Shown here: positions 1 to 12,325 of the stretch, one piece after another
Numbering within the stretch: position 1 is the first letter of the stretch
Layout of the letters: each line of letters starts with the position of its first letter
Source of the DNA: Bolinopsis microptera
Taxonomy: Eukaryota
Direction: 5' to 3'
Length of the DNA: 64,000 nt
Assembly (NCBI RefSeq): GCF_026151205.1
Contig: NC_087073.1
Span: 10,266,636-10,330,635 of the forward strand
Position numbers and translations under genes: made by a program
Notes under the pieces: generated by a model
The model's database searches: none
What the model was told of the DNA's origin: nothing
What the model saw: the letters and a program-made list of their open reading frames with translations, nothing else

Positions 1-270
1 AATTTTCAACTGTTATTGATATTGTAACACATACAAATTATCCGTTTTCTAATCATGGACTAGAAAATGAATTCTCAGGGAACATATCTTTTGCAATGCC
101 GGAGCCGATTAGAAGAGAGAGGAAGAACCGGAGTGGATCAGTATTAGCGAGCATGAATCCCAGAACAATGAGCATGAAGAAGAAGGAGGAGGATAATCAC
201 GTGGAGAGAATTGAGGTTCCTTATCTCTGTCCTATCGTACTACGAAAAGAGGTGATTTTTAAATCGTGTT
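1..270 (+). CDS. Open frame from the window edge to a stop at ~270 (about 90 codons). Possible terminal exon of an upstream gene, product unknown.
   Basis: No stop codon from the window start to ~270 in this frame. No recognisable domain. Confidence 0.15.
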
Positions 271-3260
271 GAATTTTTTGCTCAAGCACATGCTGATTTT
301 TTGTTAATTTCAAAAGTCAACGAAGATTACATTTCATAAAATTGTAAACCCATGATGATTGATCTATTGATGATTTTTGTTTGATGCAAGTTATAAGTTA
401 TAAGTTTAGGTAATTTTGGATATCACAAAGTTAACGCAAAGATTCAGAAATCAGGAAGATAAATAATTTGAAGATTAGATTATGAAAATGAGTTTTCTAG
501 TTTTGAAGCTTCGTACATCTGCCCCCACCAAATGCCTGGCTGGATACTGTGCTGATATCCCCTAATATTTTACTGTAAAATATATCAGTATTTAACTTAC
601 TGATTTACTGGCAGGTTGAGTGCGTTTGTGAGAGTGACGGACCAGGAGAGATGGTTAAAGACGACCTGGCCACCTCACATACCATCCTCTTCTGGAACAT
701 GGTGTGGTGGTTCTGCAGGGAGAACCTCTCCAGCAGTCTCCCTCTCTACATTCCTCAGGCTTTTAGGCATCTCCACCCTAAAGGATATGTACGTGGACAA
801 TAAGAGTGTATTGAAATAGATAATAATAATAATAATAAGAGTATTAAGGGAGAATATAAACAGATTATTAACACACTGGAGAGTATTCTCATGTTTAGTG
901 TTCTATCTTGTTGGCTGGCCGTAGTTCATCTATTTAACTGGTTATTTCCCCTTCCTATGTAAGCTAATATCCTCATCACTTCAGCTGTGTCAGAGTGTGG
1001 AACTAAGTACTCAATGGTGCAAGACCGCGCACTCGCTCTACAATAACTTTGCGGAGTTATCACACAATAAGGATCTGCCTCAGTGCACGCAACTGTGGCG
1101 TGTAGTTGAGAACTTTATGCAGGATGATGTGAGTTGGGAAACTGAGAGAGGATATTCGTCATTTTGTGTGCAATAGGAGCACCAGTTGTAAAACTTAAGT
1201 TAACTTTTTATCAAATTCATCGTTGATAACTGATATCATTAACAACTTCATTCGCTCTGACAATGAATATCTTAATGACATTTCTACTTGTAACAACACG
1301 ATAACCCCAGCTGCAAAGTGCGGTGAACCTACTCGTAGTCCACCGAACAGAAGCCCACATTAATTTGTACCGTGAGTTGCTCTACCTGGGATGCAGATAT
1401 AAAAACAGTTTCTCTAATCTCCAGTTTGACGAGGATTACACTTCGTGTCTCGCTCGAATTCCTCAGGTATGATTAAAATGTGAAATATTCAGCTCGCTTC
1501 CTTTGTAACGTGACTTTTTTTCGCTAATTTTTCGCTAATTTTGATTATATTTTTGTAATGTAACCGGCGCCGCAACCTCTGATAAAAGTTTTTCTCTTTG
1601 AAAAGGTTCGACTACAACTGCCTTTCGAGTTGGAATTGTCGGATAGACTACATTCGAATTATAGTCCCACGGACGAGGATAAAATCAAACGATTGGTAGT
1701 GTGACCTTTACATTAATGTCAGCTGCGTACAATTAACTTTCCCCCTTTTTTGGTGGAAAGTTTTTAGTACATTTTTGGTCTTGTTGTGATCTTCATCAAA
1801 TTTTATACTCTTGAATGTGTATGTGTCAATAACTTATCAATCTTTTTGCTGTACACTCTCAGGTTTAAGCTTTCACTTAGTAGTCAGTATTGTAGCCACT
1901 TATAAAAGTTAGTGAAACTAAGCATCATAAATTTGTAGCCACGTGAAACATTTCAACTTTATAGTATACTAATATTCTCCCCAATTCTACATAGAATGCC
2001 TGTAGCTTTCTGATTTCCATTGACCGTTACACTCTGCTAACAACGGATGACGGATTGCATGTTTACTAAATCATAGAACTCGATAACTCTATATTATAGA
2101 TTCTATGATGATGGTAGACTATTATTGGTAACTACTATTAATAAAACATTAACTTAAAACCAGTAGCGGGTTTGACAGTTAGCGCAACAGCATGGGTGAT
2201 ATTATGTATTGTCAGTCATCCAGAACGGATACGCTAACCCGCTCATCATTTCAGATATCCTCCAATCGACTTCATCCAGACGATGTCCCGATGAAGCAAG
2301 CAGATATTCACTGTCGTCAAATGTTCTCCTGGTTGGGTTTATCTATCTGAGCAACACTTCCCACGCCTCAAACTCTCACGCGTTACACTTAACGCGTGAG
2401 GTGATGCGTTATAAAATATAAACATTTTGACGTTGAGGGAAAATGTGACGTCTCGGTAAAGGGTCCTGGTTTTCTTGTTTATTGTTTTTACACATTTTTA
2501 ATTTTGGACACGGGACGAAGCTGTAAATGTATCAATATATTATCAGATCAAAGTTAAAGTACCCAAATTTACATGGACAATTTTAACTGTATAATAATTT
2601 TTATCATCGAACATGTTAATTTAATGTACAGTACGGTTCAATCTCAATAAGTTTCTTAGTAACAAAAGCACTGTAATCAATTTAAAGTATTACATACCAT
2701 ACTATCTAGGATCTTAGACTATTCTCGAAACTTGTTGTCAGATGAAAAATGGCGCCTAAATTTAACTCATCTGATATTATGAACTCAATAATAAAGCTAA
2801 TGCCATGGTTGAAACCTTTCTTTTCTTACGAGATTGAACCCAAACAAAATCTATGTCTTGTCAGCGCAACTGTTTGTCAATTAACTTATAGACGTGTAAT
2901 GTTTTCAAATGATGTTTTAAAACTCTTTATCTTATCGCAGACTCGATAAGTTTTCATTATAATTCTGGTTCTAAACTTTAACGACCAATGTTTTGGTAAT
3001 TGTGTCTAGCTGCTAATCTTGATGAAAGTTCAACGTAAAACGATTAAAAAAGTAATTTCATCTTCAGAACTAGGCACAGTTAACATATAAATATTCGATT
3101 GGAATGAGGGGGCAGTTATAAGTTGGGAAACAGAGTTTATTAAAGAGTGTGTCCTGTCAAGCTGTTTGATTAATTTATTTGTTTTTATCTTTGTAAATAG
3201 AGTCTAATTATTAAATTGATTTTAAAATTCCTTGTTTTCGTTCTCCAAAACCAACTTATA

Positions 3261-3328
3261 TACTGGGGACTTCAGGCTTTTCTGTTCATAAATATACGGC
3301 GGAATGACAGACTGATCCCAGCCCAGTA
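3261..3328. mobile_element. ~68 bp hairpin MITE, TACTGGGG...CCCAGTA family, copy 1
   Basis: Terminal inverted repeat TACTGGGGAC / CCCAGTA. The internal CGGCGGAATGACAG motif is shared with copies at 3816, 16357 and 56720. Confidence 0.4.
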
Positions 3329-3815
3329 AGGTCACGACGTGATACAAGTACATATAATACTACTATACCGTGGCCAAACCTAATCTCCCAATTTCCCGAT
3401 TACCGATTCGAAATAGTTTATTTTTTCCCGATCCATGACTCAAGTGCCGAAGGCACAAAAGAGTCAAGGACAAGGGTTAGCGATCGAGTTTTTTTTTGGG
3501 ATATGGTAGCTTTGCGACCGTACCTGCGTGCGAGCGTGCGTGTCTGCGTACGTTTCGCCCACGTGTCTGCCTGCGCAAAGTTATTTTGCGCGAAAATCTG
3601 AATTAAACAATTGTTGGCGCGCGGTGCTGAAATGTTCAAGTACATTGTTAATTTCATCATGTACGCATCCCGCTAGGGACTAATTGATAGCATATTATTA
3701 TTATTTTGAGTTAGTATTACAATTTTGCACAGATCCGTGTCAGGTTGCATAAACAATAAACATATGGTTACATAGAAATATACACGATTTTCAAATTAAA
3801 TATGGAATTATATCA

Positions 3816-3892
3816 ACTGGGCGGCGCTCGGCCTGTCACTCCGCCATATCTGCATGCTTATAAACAGTAAAGACTGGGGTCCACAGGTGGTA
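3816..3892. mobile_element. Same short MITE family, copy 2, opposite orientation
   Basis: Reads ACTGGGCGGCGCTCGGCCTGTCACTCCGCC ... GACTGGGGTCCACAGGTGGTA. This is the reverse complement of the 16357 copy's ends. Confidence 0.35.
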
Positions 3893-4379
3893 TGGAATAT
3901 GATCAAATACTCCATCACGGATCGGGAAATTGAGCGGCCATCCACAAAAGAAAAGCGGCCGCATTTCTTGTTAAAAATAGACCTGATCATTAGAATGAAT
4001 CCCAAAATCTAAGTAAGCTAAGATGTAAAACATCCAACCTCTTTTTAGTTTGTAACATTAAAACAATATATACTTAGATTTTGAGCACATTTTTGAATAG
4101 ATCTGAGCAATTATAAAATGAATTCAAACATTTTACTAATACCAAACCTCCACTTCATATTAAACAAAAATAAGAAACAATTGAAATTTATGCTTGAGTA
4201 TTCATGAGTTTGGGTTTTATGTGTTTTTGCACATACAATAACAATTATGCTGTGCTTGGCATCGTGCAATATGTACAAAGTCCTTTGCTTGTAGTTGTGT
4301 ATCTGTACTTTACCTGGCACCCCAGTCCCTGTGCGCGGCGCTCTTTTCAAGCTTCCTGAGCAAGCTCCTGAACGATACG

Positions 4380-5068
4380 TTAGAGAAGCGAACAATAAAC
4401 TAGCACGCTAGGTAAATCTGTACTGTGTTTTGATCTGAGATCTAAATGTGATTTCAAGTGTGACCCCCATTTTCCTGAAAAATTACACTTTGGACACTGG
4501 AAAGGGCGCTCTCCCGTGTGTTTCCTCATGTGAACTTTTAAATACTTACTACATCTCGCTGAGTAATTGCATTTGTCACATGTTTGTAAGGTTGTTCTGC
4601 GGAGTGGGTTCTGAGGTGACACTTCAAGTTTCCCGACCAATTTGCTGAATAGTCGCACTTATCGCATTTATATGGACGTTCTCCGGTATGCTTCCTCATG
4701 TGGATGGTCAAGATATTTCTTCCTATTGGCATTGCCGCATAATCGCACTCTGTGCAGCGGTAAGGACATAATCTGTAATCCTTTATTGTGGGTAGTTAAC
4801 TTTAATGCATGAGTAAGGTATATTTCCAATTCCTAATTGCGGCTGCGAAATCGCATTGGTCGCATTTGTAGGAACGTTCTCCGGTGTGGATTTTTACGTG
4901 TTTCGCCACATTGTGTTTTGAATTTGACACCGAAGAATAATCACAATAATCGCATTTATAAACTGGTTTACCATCGTGACAAGGCTTGGCGTATGTGTGA
5001 GTTAACTCGTGTTTAGTTAAGTTGTTGTTGAATTTTGTAGCGATAAGAGATGAGATAAGAGAGGTCAA
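4380..5068 (-). CDS. C2H2 zinc-finger protein, several tandem fingers. Exon fragments lie in different frames, so there are introns or frameshifts.
   Basis: Minus-strand ORFs carry repeated C-x2-C...H-x3-H units with HTGERPYKC / HTGERPF linkers. Examples: YKCDYCDYS...[19 protein letters not shown] and [10 protein letters not shown]...[33 protein letters not shown]. Confidence 0.6.
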
Positions 5069-5371
5069 TAATCAATGCGTAATAAAACTACACACATCTT
5101 ACAATGACATTAATATTGTTGTAACTTTTGTCTTCATTTTCATTGTCCTGCATTTATTTTAGAGTGGGGTTACAATTAAAACGAATAAATTTGAAATCTC
5201 TAAAACCATATCTAATCATGCTAAATGATAATTTACCCAAATTAAAATCCATTGAAATATAATGTGTTACATACTGTATTATATCTTTTAATATTAATTA
5301 TCGGATATAATAGATATAAATTCTTTAAAAAAGTTGTCTATGAAACGTCCACCCCGACAAGTTCTCCGAAA

Positions 5372-6245
5372 TTATTTAACCAGGTTACAAAGAAATAGTC
5401 CCAACGGTAAAAACACACCAAGTCCTGAAATCGCAGCCATAGTTGGGATTTCACTTCCTTCCTTCAACACCAATGCTGATACGACAGTCCCCAAAGCAGC
5501 AGCAAGGCTTAAAACGATGTTGAACATCTTGGCAGACTGTTCTCCCAGGCTTCTGTTATCCAAACTCCACTTTTCGTAAAGAGAAAACTTGCTGGGGGTG
5601 TAAAGGGTAATATGAAACGTCTCGCCTATACCCATAAAAACGATTCCTATCACCAATTGGTAGGTGAAGTCAAAGAATTTGAAATCAGATGTTGTGGCTC
5701 CGAATGCCACTACTGTACCAATGTAATAGCACAAGTTTCCAACTGCCAGTGCGGGGATGACATAAAACTTCTTGATTCTACCTACTATGAAGCTCAATGT
5801 TAAAGCTGAAATGAATGCGACAATGCTGAAGATGCGCAGAAGTTTTACTGCTGAATTAAGGGAAAATGAGGAGGAATACAAGATCCTTACAGGTAGCACA
5901 TACATCATGAGATCACATACTGTATGGTTCAAGAACAGGGCTACATCAGGAAAATAGAATGCAATTTTTCGTGACCATAGATTGAGGGCCGGGCCGACTC
6001 TGTGGGACTCCTTATTTTTGGAATCAACTTTTTGTCTGCAACTTTCTGTCATCTCTATGATTTTTAGGAATGGCAGCAATAAAAGAGGGAGGATGTTGAA
6101 GGAAGCCATGCCAAAACCAACTAATACCCACCCACCAGCTACAAATAGCTCAGTGCACAATACTGCTGATAGAAATCCCCCAAATGACATGAAGCTACCT
6201 ATCAAGATCATCATCTTCTTATCTTCCTTAAGATATAAATCTATA
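5372..6245 (-). CDS. Multi-pass membrane protein, terminal coding exon. Possible MATE/MOP-type transporter; that assignment is a guess.
   Basis: 280-aa minus ORF with many hydrophobic helices. The splice acceptor ttacatttcag sits just upstream at ~6246-6256 (minus sense). Stop at 5372. Confidence 0.45.
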
Positions 6246-6421
6246 ACCTCTCCCTGAAATGTAATATTTATTACTGCTTAACTGCAATATAAAAATAAAC
6301 AAATTTAAATTTGTAATTTTTGGAAGCTTTGAACCATATGCTATGCATTTGGCACAGTTAAGGATAAAAGGTAAAAAGACAAATGACCGCAGATACATAG
6401 TAGAATAGTTCCTCACCTGAA

Positions 6422-6575
6422 CGAACACATGCATTATGCCCATTGCACACCCCTGAATACCCCTCAGTAATGCTATTGTTACGAAAATAACAGGGGCACC
6501 AGAGTTAATATCAATGAATACTCGGATCAAAGCCATCATAGAGGTGGAGATCAGGTTCAAAAGGTTCACACACAA
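6422..6575 (-). CDS. Upstream exon of the same membrane protein gene
   Basis: Hydrophobic minus ORF 6228-6575. A CAG|GTGAGG donor falls at plus ~6414-6421, after ...MHVFVQ. Confidence 0.35.
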
Positions 6576-6735
6576 ATATCTTTTGGAAAGGGACGCGTTT
6601 CTGATGGATTTTGGTAGAAAGTTGTAGATGTATGGGCCAGCAGGACAAGTTATTAGAGCAGTAGAAATGGAAACAGTGCCTGAAAATACAGTGATTTTTG
6701 GGAGTGGTTGTCTCTCGGGTTCAACGAGCGTGCTA

Positions 6736-7192
6736 AATCACTCTACAGTCGATCTTCGAAATTTTTCTAAAAGGCCCCCCCGACAGTTGAGACCAACATC
6801 ATTCGATGTATTTTCGGACGCTGATTCCGAATCACCCCCCATGATTGTAGCGCGATGCACTACTGGGTCGCGCCGCGCATCAAATAATTCGTCTATGCAG
6901 ATCGGCGAGATGCGAAGGATTGACATCGTGAATCAACCCCCATGACATAGGGTTAAAATGCTCCCCTAGCGAGATATTGGCGAAAAACTGTTTTGATCAC
7001 GTGATATGACCATATACGGAAGTTAGTCTAATTTCTCGTTAGGGTTAGGGTTTCAGCATATGCTTTTGTTAAAGATTGGGTTAGGGTTAGGGTTGGGATC
7101 AGATTAGAGGGCTATGATTTCGAATAGTCATTCAGGGCCACCAAGAGAACGTGTTTAAAAAGTCACGTGACAGTCGAGTGTAGAGTGATTAA
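6736..7192 (+). mobile_element. Telomere-repeat-bearing MITE (T-MITE family), copy 1
   Basis: TIR AATCACTCTACAGTCGA at the left and TCGAGTGTAGAGTGATT at the right. Internally it carries CGGACGCTGATTCCGAATCACCCCCATGA, degenerate (TTAGGG)n (gttagggttagggtt...gggttagggttagggttggg) and two TCACGTGA palindromes. Homologous copies lie at 28455-29087 and 50081-50510. Confidence 0.6.
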
Positions 7193-7254
7193 TCATCATC
7201 CCGGGTTCAACAAATTGCTCTACTAAACAAATAGGTGATTTTTATTTTTATTGA

Positions 7255-8457
7255 TTGTTGGATAGGATGGCAGGAATACCAGATGCCAAAGACCCAGTGT
7301 ACCCCTTTGTGTGCACAGTACCTACTTACGAAGAGTTTGAAAAGAAGATCAAAACACGACGCAATGGATCTTCACCAGGGCCCAACGGAGTGCCATACAT
7401 AGTTTACAAAAGGTGTGCCAGGCTGAGAGAACTATTGTATGCGTGTATTAGTAAACTCTGGTTATCAAACAGTGTCCCCTTGCAGTGGAGAATTGGAGAA
7501 AGCATCCTACTTCCCAAGACCACGGACCTTAGTGACCCTGGCAAGTTTAGGAACATCACTATGACTAACACCAGTGGGAAAGTGGCAATGGGTATGCTAG
7601 CTGATAAAATGCTCGACTACATGACCACCAATAAGTACATCGATACCTCTGTGCAAAAAGGCTTCCTGCGCAAGATGCCAGGATGCATAGAACACACACA
7701 AGCGCTCATGGAGGAACTGCGGGATGCAAAGAGTAAGAGAAGACAGGTGTATGCAGTATGGGTGGATCTTATGAATGCTTATGGGAGAGTACCCCATGAG
7801 CTGATAGTGTTTGCGCTTCGGCACTACAAGTTCCCGGAAGAAGTGGTCCAATATATTGTCAAGTACTACGACGAACTGGTAGTACGGGTGAAGACGAAGA
7901 AGTGGAAGAGTGAGTGGTTCTACTACCTAATCGGGTTGTTTCAAGGGGACCCGCTTTCTGTCGTGCTATTCTTAATAGCATTCAACCTACTCTTGGATTT
8001 ACTTCAGGTCGACAGAACAATGGGATACAAGCCGTCGTTCAGCTCTGAGCCAACTACAAACAGAGCTTTTGCAGATGATCTCACCCTGCTGTCTGACAGA
8101 CTCGACAAAATGAAGAGGCTGGTCGGGCAAATGGAGGAATTCTTAGCATGGACAAGGACGATGAGAGCTAAACCCAGCAAGTGTATTGCTCTCGGAATGA
8201 AGGTAGTGGACAATACCTACAGATCGTTTGACCCTGAGATCATCATTGCAAACGAGAAAGTAGCGTACCTTGGTGACACACCGATAAAGTTCCTTGGTCA
8301 CTGGATTTACGTCAACCTGGGCCAAGATGAGACGAGAGAGCTAATCACCACTCAACTTTCAGGCCAGCTGGAAAAAGTAGACATGGCGGAGCTCTCTGGA
8401 CCAAGCAAGTGCTGGATCTACAACCACATGCTAACTAGCAAAGTACAGTGGAATATT
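7255..8457 (+). CDS. Reverse transcriptase, N-terminal part of the LINE ORF. It continues in frame at 9832 once the nested element is removed.
   Basis: The ORF-track protein has the canonical LINE RT motifs 0-5, including FADD. The frame is open from the TGA stop at 7252-7254. Confidence 0.75.
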
Positions 8458-9823
8458 GGGGGGGGGGGGGGGGGGGGGGGGGGGCCAATGGCATAAATGG
8501 AGAAAATGGAGAATTACTCATGGGTTTTTCCATTTTCTCCATAGAAATAGTCTCCATTTTATGCCATTTTATGCCATTTTATGCCATTTTATGCCATTTT
8601 ATGCCATGGAAAACCTGAAAAATTTAGAATTTCGAGAAAAATTATTAAAAAAAAAGATATTTTCGGCCAATAATGAACAGAGTATCATGAAACATGGAGA
8701 AAAGTGGTTTTCAGAAAAACTTTGAAAGATGTTGACTTAAAAAATGTTCGGTCCGAGTCATTTACGAAACGTACCTCCCGTATCGAGAGCTCCCGATTCC
8801 GAGCTCGTGTTGCAAAGGGGAGGCCTATCTTCCGAGATCGCATTTCCTCGAGTCCAAAATTGTGTATCGAGGGGAAGGTGTGGACTTCGAAAAACCGAAA
8901 AAATATTTTCGGCAAATAATGAACAGAGTAGCATGAAACGTGGAGAAAAGTGGTTTTCAGAAAAACTTTGAAAAATTTTGACCGAAAAAATATTTTCGGC
9001 TTATAATGAACAAGGTAGCATGAAACGTGGAGAAAAGTGTTTTTCAGAAAAACTTTGAAAAATGTTGACTTAAAAAATTACCCCTCGCTCGGTACACAAT
9101 TTTGGACTCGAGGCTTCCCCCTGGTAATGCGATCTCGGAAGGCAGGCCTCCCCTTTGCAACACGAGCTCGGAATCAGGAGCTCTCGATACGAGAGGTACG
9201 TATCGAGAATGACTCGGGCCGAAAATTTTCCAAGTCAAAATTTTTCAAAGTTTTTCTAAAAACCACTTTTCTCCACGTTTCATGCTACCCTCTTCATTAT
9301 GAGCCGAAAATATTTTTTGGTTTTTCGGTTTATCGAAGTCTGCACCTACCCCTCGATACACAAATTTGGACTCGAGGCTTCCCCCTGGTAATGCGATCTC
9401 GGAAGGCAGGGCTCCCCTTTGCAGTGCGAGCTTGTTTCGACTGTCGAGGATGTAGGTCTCACTTCTCAGTGCCTATTACTCTCCCCTATTACTCACTCCT
9501 GCTGTAGCCTGTAGAAATAACTTTACACTAGGCTTGAGTGATTATGAGTTTGCCTGAAGTGTGCCTCTACTAACCTAGTATAAGCATCTAGTAGCCTACT
9601 ATGAGCTTTCATAAGCTTGTTACGCCCCTAGTAAGCGTAAATAAACATGTTAGGATGTCCAATTTAGGTGTTAAATGGTATTAAAGATGAAATTTCGAAG
9701 ACAAAATTCATGGCATAAAATGGAGAAAATGGAGAATTACTCATGGGTTTTTCCATTTTCTCAATAGAAAAAGTCTCCATTTTATGCCATTTTATGCCAT
9801 TTTATGCCATTGGCCCCCCCCCC
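8458..9823. mobile_element. Foldback-type DNA element with homopolymer termini (G27 ... C10), inserted into the LINE RT ORF. Element A of the polyG/polyC-capped family.
   Basis: G run at 8458-8484 and C run at 9814-9823. Inverted subterminal blocks CCAATGGCATAAATGGAGAAAATGGAGAATTACTCATGGG... mirror ...CCATTTTATGCCATTGG. (TTTATGCCAT)n tandem copies sit at both ends. Internally there are ~75-bp tandem units and a long inverted repeat (8760-8880 versus 9090-9200). The 8-bp direct repeat GGAATATT appears at 8450-8457 and 9824-9831. Confidence 0.7.
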
Positions 9824-9831
9824 GGAATATT

Positions 9832-11181
9832 ATGATATACAACCTCCCAGTATCATTCATCCAGACACTAGAGGCTCTTTGTACCAGATACTTGAAGAAA
9901 TGGCTTGGAGTTACTACTTCCATATCGAATAGTGTGCTGTACAGATCAAAAGACCACTTTGGACTATCGTTAAAGCAGATCTCCAACCTGTACAAATGTC
10001 TACAGGTGTCCAAGGCCTATATGCTGAAGACATCGGTTGACCCCAAAGTGAGGGAGGTTTTCGAGTACAGAGAAAACACCAACAGAGACAAGAAGAGATG
10101 GGACTACACCAAGGAGCTGACTAATAGGGAGAGAGACCTCTACTTCAAAGAACTGATTGGCTACGTGCAGACCAGGGAAGGAGCCGGTATTGGATTCGGT
10201 GATCAGAGGAGGAAGAAGAACAAAAAGGAGCAACTGGTGGAGATAATTAAGTCTCTGAAAGAAGAGGAGCTCCTTCAAACTCTCTACGATAAGAGAGTCC
10301 AAGGAAAGTTTCTAACCTGGGAGAACACCATGCAGCTAGACACTGGCTGGCAAAGCCTGCTGTATACCTTGAGCCCTGAGCTGACAAAGTTCCACCTAAA
10401 TGCCATCCACGACGTTGCAAGTACACCTAGCAACCTCCAGCTTTGGAACTACAGCTCCACGAACAACTGTCCCCTCTGTGGGCGTCAGCAGTGCAACCTA
10501 AAGCACATTCTAACGTGTTGCCCAGTGTCGCTTAAACAAGGAAGATATAATTGGAGACATGATCAGGTGCTCAGGGTTATCGTGCAACCAATTGCAGAGA
10601 AGCTGAGGGAGACAAACAGTGCTACCCCAAAGACAGAAGTGAAGAGAGAGTGGAGGAAGTTCGTATCCGGAAAAGGAACCTACAGGAAACCCGAAGTACG
10701 GCTTACAGAAGAACCTCATCTTCTAGAGGAAGGTAACGACTGGAAACTAGTGTTTGATGAGGACGAAAGGACAAGACAATTCCCCCAACATATTGTCAAC
10801 ACAGCTCTCAGACCTGATGTGGTAATATACTCTAACACACTCAGGAAAGTCATCCTGATAGAGCTGACCTGTGGAAACGAGGAGAACTTTGAGGACCAGA
10901 GATCCCGGAAAGAGAAGAGATACGAAGAGCTAATGGTGGAGATCGAGACCGCAGGCTGGGAAGGATATCTCTTTACAGTAGAAGTTGGATGTCGTGGATT
11001 CTACCACCACACATTACCCCGAATTTTCAACTTCCTTAACATCACCCGGGCAAAGAAGAAGAGGGCACTTAACACAACAGCGGTGGTGTCCCTGAAAGGT
11101 TCCTACACTATCTGGCTTAGTCGCTACAACAAGACCTGGAGTGACAACTGGCAGCTGGCCGAAAGACCCTGCCCAGTTTAA
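9832..11181 (+). CDS. LINE ORF C-terminal part: RT thumb, CCHC zinc knuckle and restriction-like endonuclease
   Basis: ORF 9784-11181. The frame is continuous with 7255-8457 when 8458-9831 is excised: cag tgg aat att | atg ata tac reads QWNI|MIYNL. Confidence 0.7.
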   Translation: MIYNLPVSFIQTLEALCTRYLKKWLGVTTSISNSVLYRSKDHFGLSLKQISNLYKCLQVSKAYMLKTSVDPKVREVFEYRENTNRDKKRWDYTKELTNRERDLYFKELIGYVQTREGAGIGFGDQRRKKNKKEQLVEIIKSLKEEELLQTLYDKRVQGKFLTWENTMQLDTGWQSLLYTLSPELTKFHLNAIHDVASTPSNLQLWNYSSTNNCPLCGRQQCNLKHILTCCPVSLKQGRYNWRHDQVLRVIVQPIAEKLRETNSATPKTEVKREWRKFVSGKGTYRKPEVRLTEEPHLLEEGNDWKLVFDEDERTRQFPQHIVNTALRPDVVIYSNTLRKVILIELTCGNEENFEDQRSRKEKRYEELMVEIETAGWEGYLFTVEVGCRGFYHHTLPRIFNFLNITRAKKKRALNTTAVVSLKGSYTIWLSRYNKTWSDNWQLAERPCPV

Positions 11182-12325
11182 TCCTGATGAACAGCTGAAC
11201 GTTGGGCCCTTAAAACGTCGTTGAAAGCTACATCTGGGGTCGTAAGTCCCAGACATCAGAAGAAGTCAGAGAGTGTAGAAGATTCTGCGTCTGAAAAGAC
11301 TAGAGAATTGAGGTAAATATAGTTGGTTTGGTCCCATAACTTTTATATAAGAGGGTCATTTCGGACTCGATGCAAACTCTCGATGAATCTTCTGGAACTA
11401 CAGTTATACGTAATTCGAAAATTTTATGTCCGAGGAAGCTTGAAAGCTTGGAAAATTGTAATTGAATTTGAATACGGACTATGTTGTAGGTTTATAACCT
11501 ACCAGGACGCGCGCCGAGTATGGAACAAATATTTTACGAGTATCACACGTTAAGGTCTATGTAATCCAACTCACCTATTATGGTACTGATACCAGCTTTT
11601 TCAAGGAAGTCTAAATAAAATCCGGAGGGATACACTCGGGTCATATATACGACGCACTGTCCAAGGCAAGCAAAGATCACTATTGTCATCATATGAAATG
11701 TTGTCATTTCTGCAAATTTTATGGTTAATAAATAATAACATAATCTCAAACTTTTATCATTTTGAATTTTAAGTCACCGTACTAATGAAGTCACCGGAAT
11801 AACGAGGATTTATACTTTCGTGAGCGGTAAAAAAACAAAAAATAAACATTTACCCTCCAAACGTTCCTCGTCATCTGATGTCACCGGTTTGTCGTCATCG
11901 TTCCCTTCTGAAGTATCACCAAAAGCAATAATTTCCAACGTCTGGCTAGGGTCTGAAACTATGATTTATCGTCAGCTTATCGTTAAATTTCTTCGAATTG
12001 CAAATGGAAGCACCATTTGCTATTATATTTAAAAAGTAACGATTCAACCCTTACTTAACCGGAAAAAAGCAAGTAACGTGAACATTTTCAATTTTTCTAA
12101 TCATATTATGTTTTGTTTCGAGCAGATTCACTTCCAGAATTATCGAAGTCCTCAATGTTCAAAACAGAATTCGCTATGACCAAGTTTTCGTTTAAAATGT
12201 TTCTGTCTGAAAATGACTCTAAAGTCTAATGATAAAAATGCAAATGTTACTCTAATGATTTAGCCCATTCTCCATGAAGCAGCAGTATGTGGGCGCTAAA
12301 ATAATGTAGGAATCTTGACAGGAGA

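Larger units (their letters stand above)
7255..11181 (+). mobile_element. Non-LTR retrotransposon (LINE) with a restriction-like endonuclease, R2/NeSL-type domain order. It is 5'-truncated and interrupted by a nested DNA element at 8458-9823.
   Basis: The RT motifs begin at the 5' end of the ORF (GPNGVPY, FRNITMTN, QKGF, AVWVDLMNAYGRVPH, FQGDPLSV, FADDLTLL). Downstream there is a CCHC zinc knuckle (CPLCGRQQCNLKHILTCCP) and a PD-(D/E)xK module (RHDQV...PDVVIY...IELTCGNEENFE...KEKRYEEL). No upstream ORF1 or 5' part is present. Confidence 0.7.

Noticed and set aside
7030-7110. TTAGGG arrays as a true telomere or subtelomere
   Set aside because: The arrays are short, degenerate, and embedded inside a MITE that recurs at three interstitial loci. 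They are interstitial telomere-like sequences, not a chromosome end.
8456-8725. ORFs beginning MGGGGGGGGG (8456-8725; also 28297-28554 and 28439-28741) and the poly-Gly tail of ORF 7255-8496
   Set aside because: They are translations of the poly-G/poly-C homopolymer termini of DNA elements, not real coding sequence.
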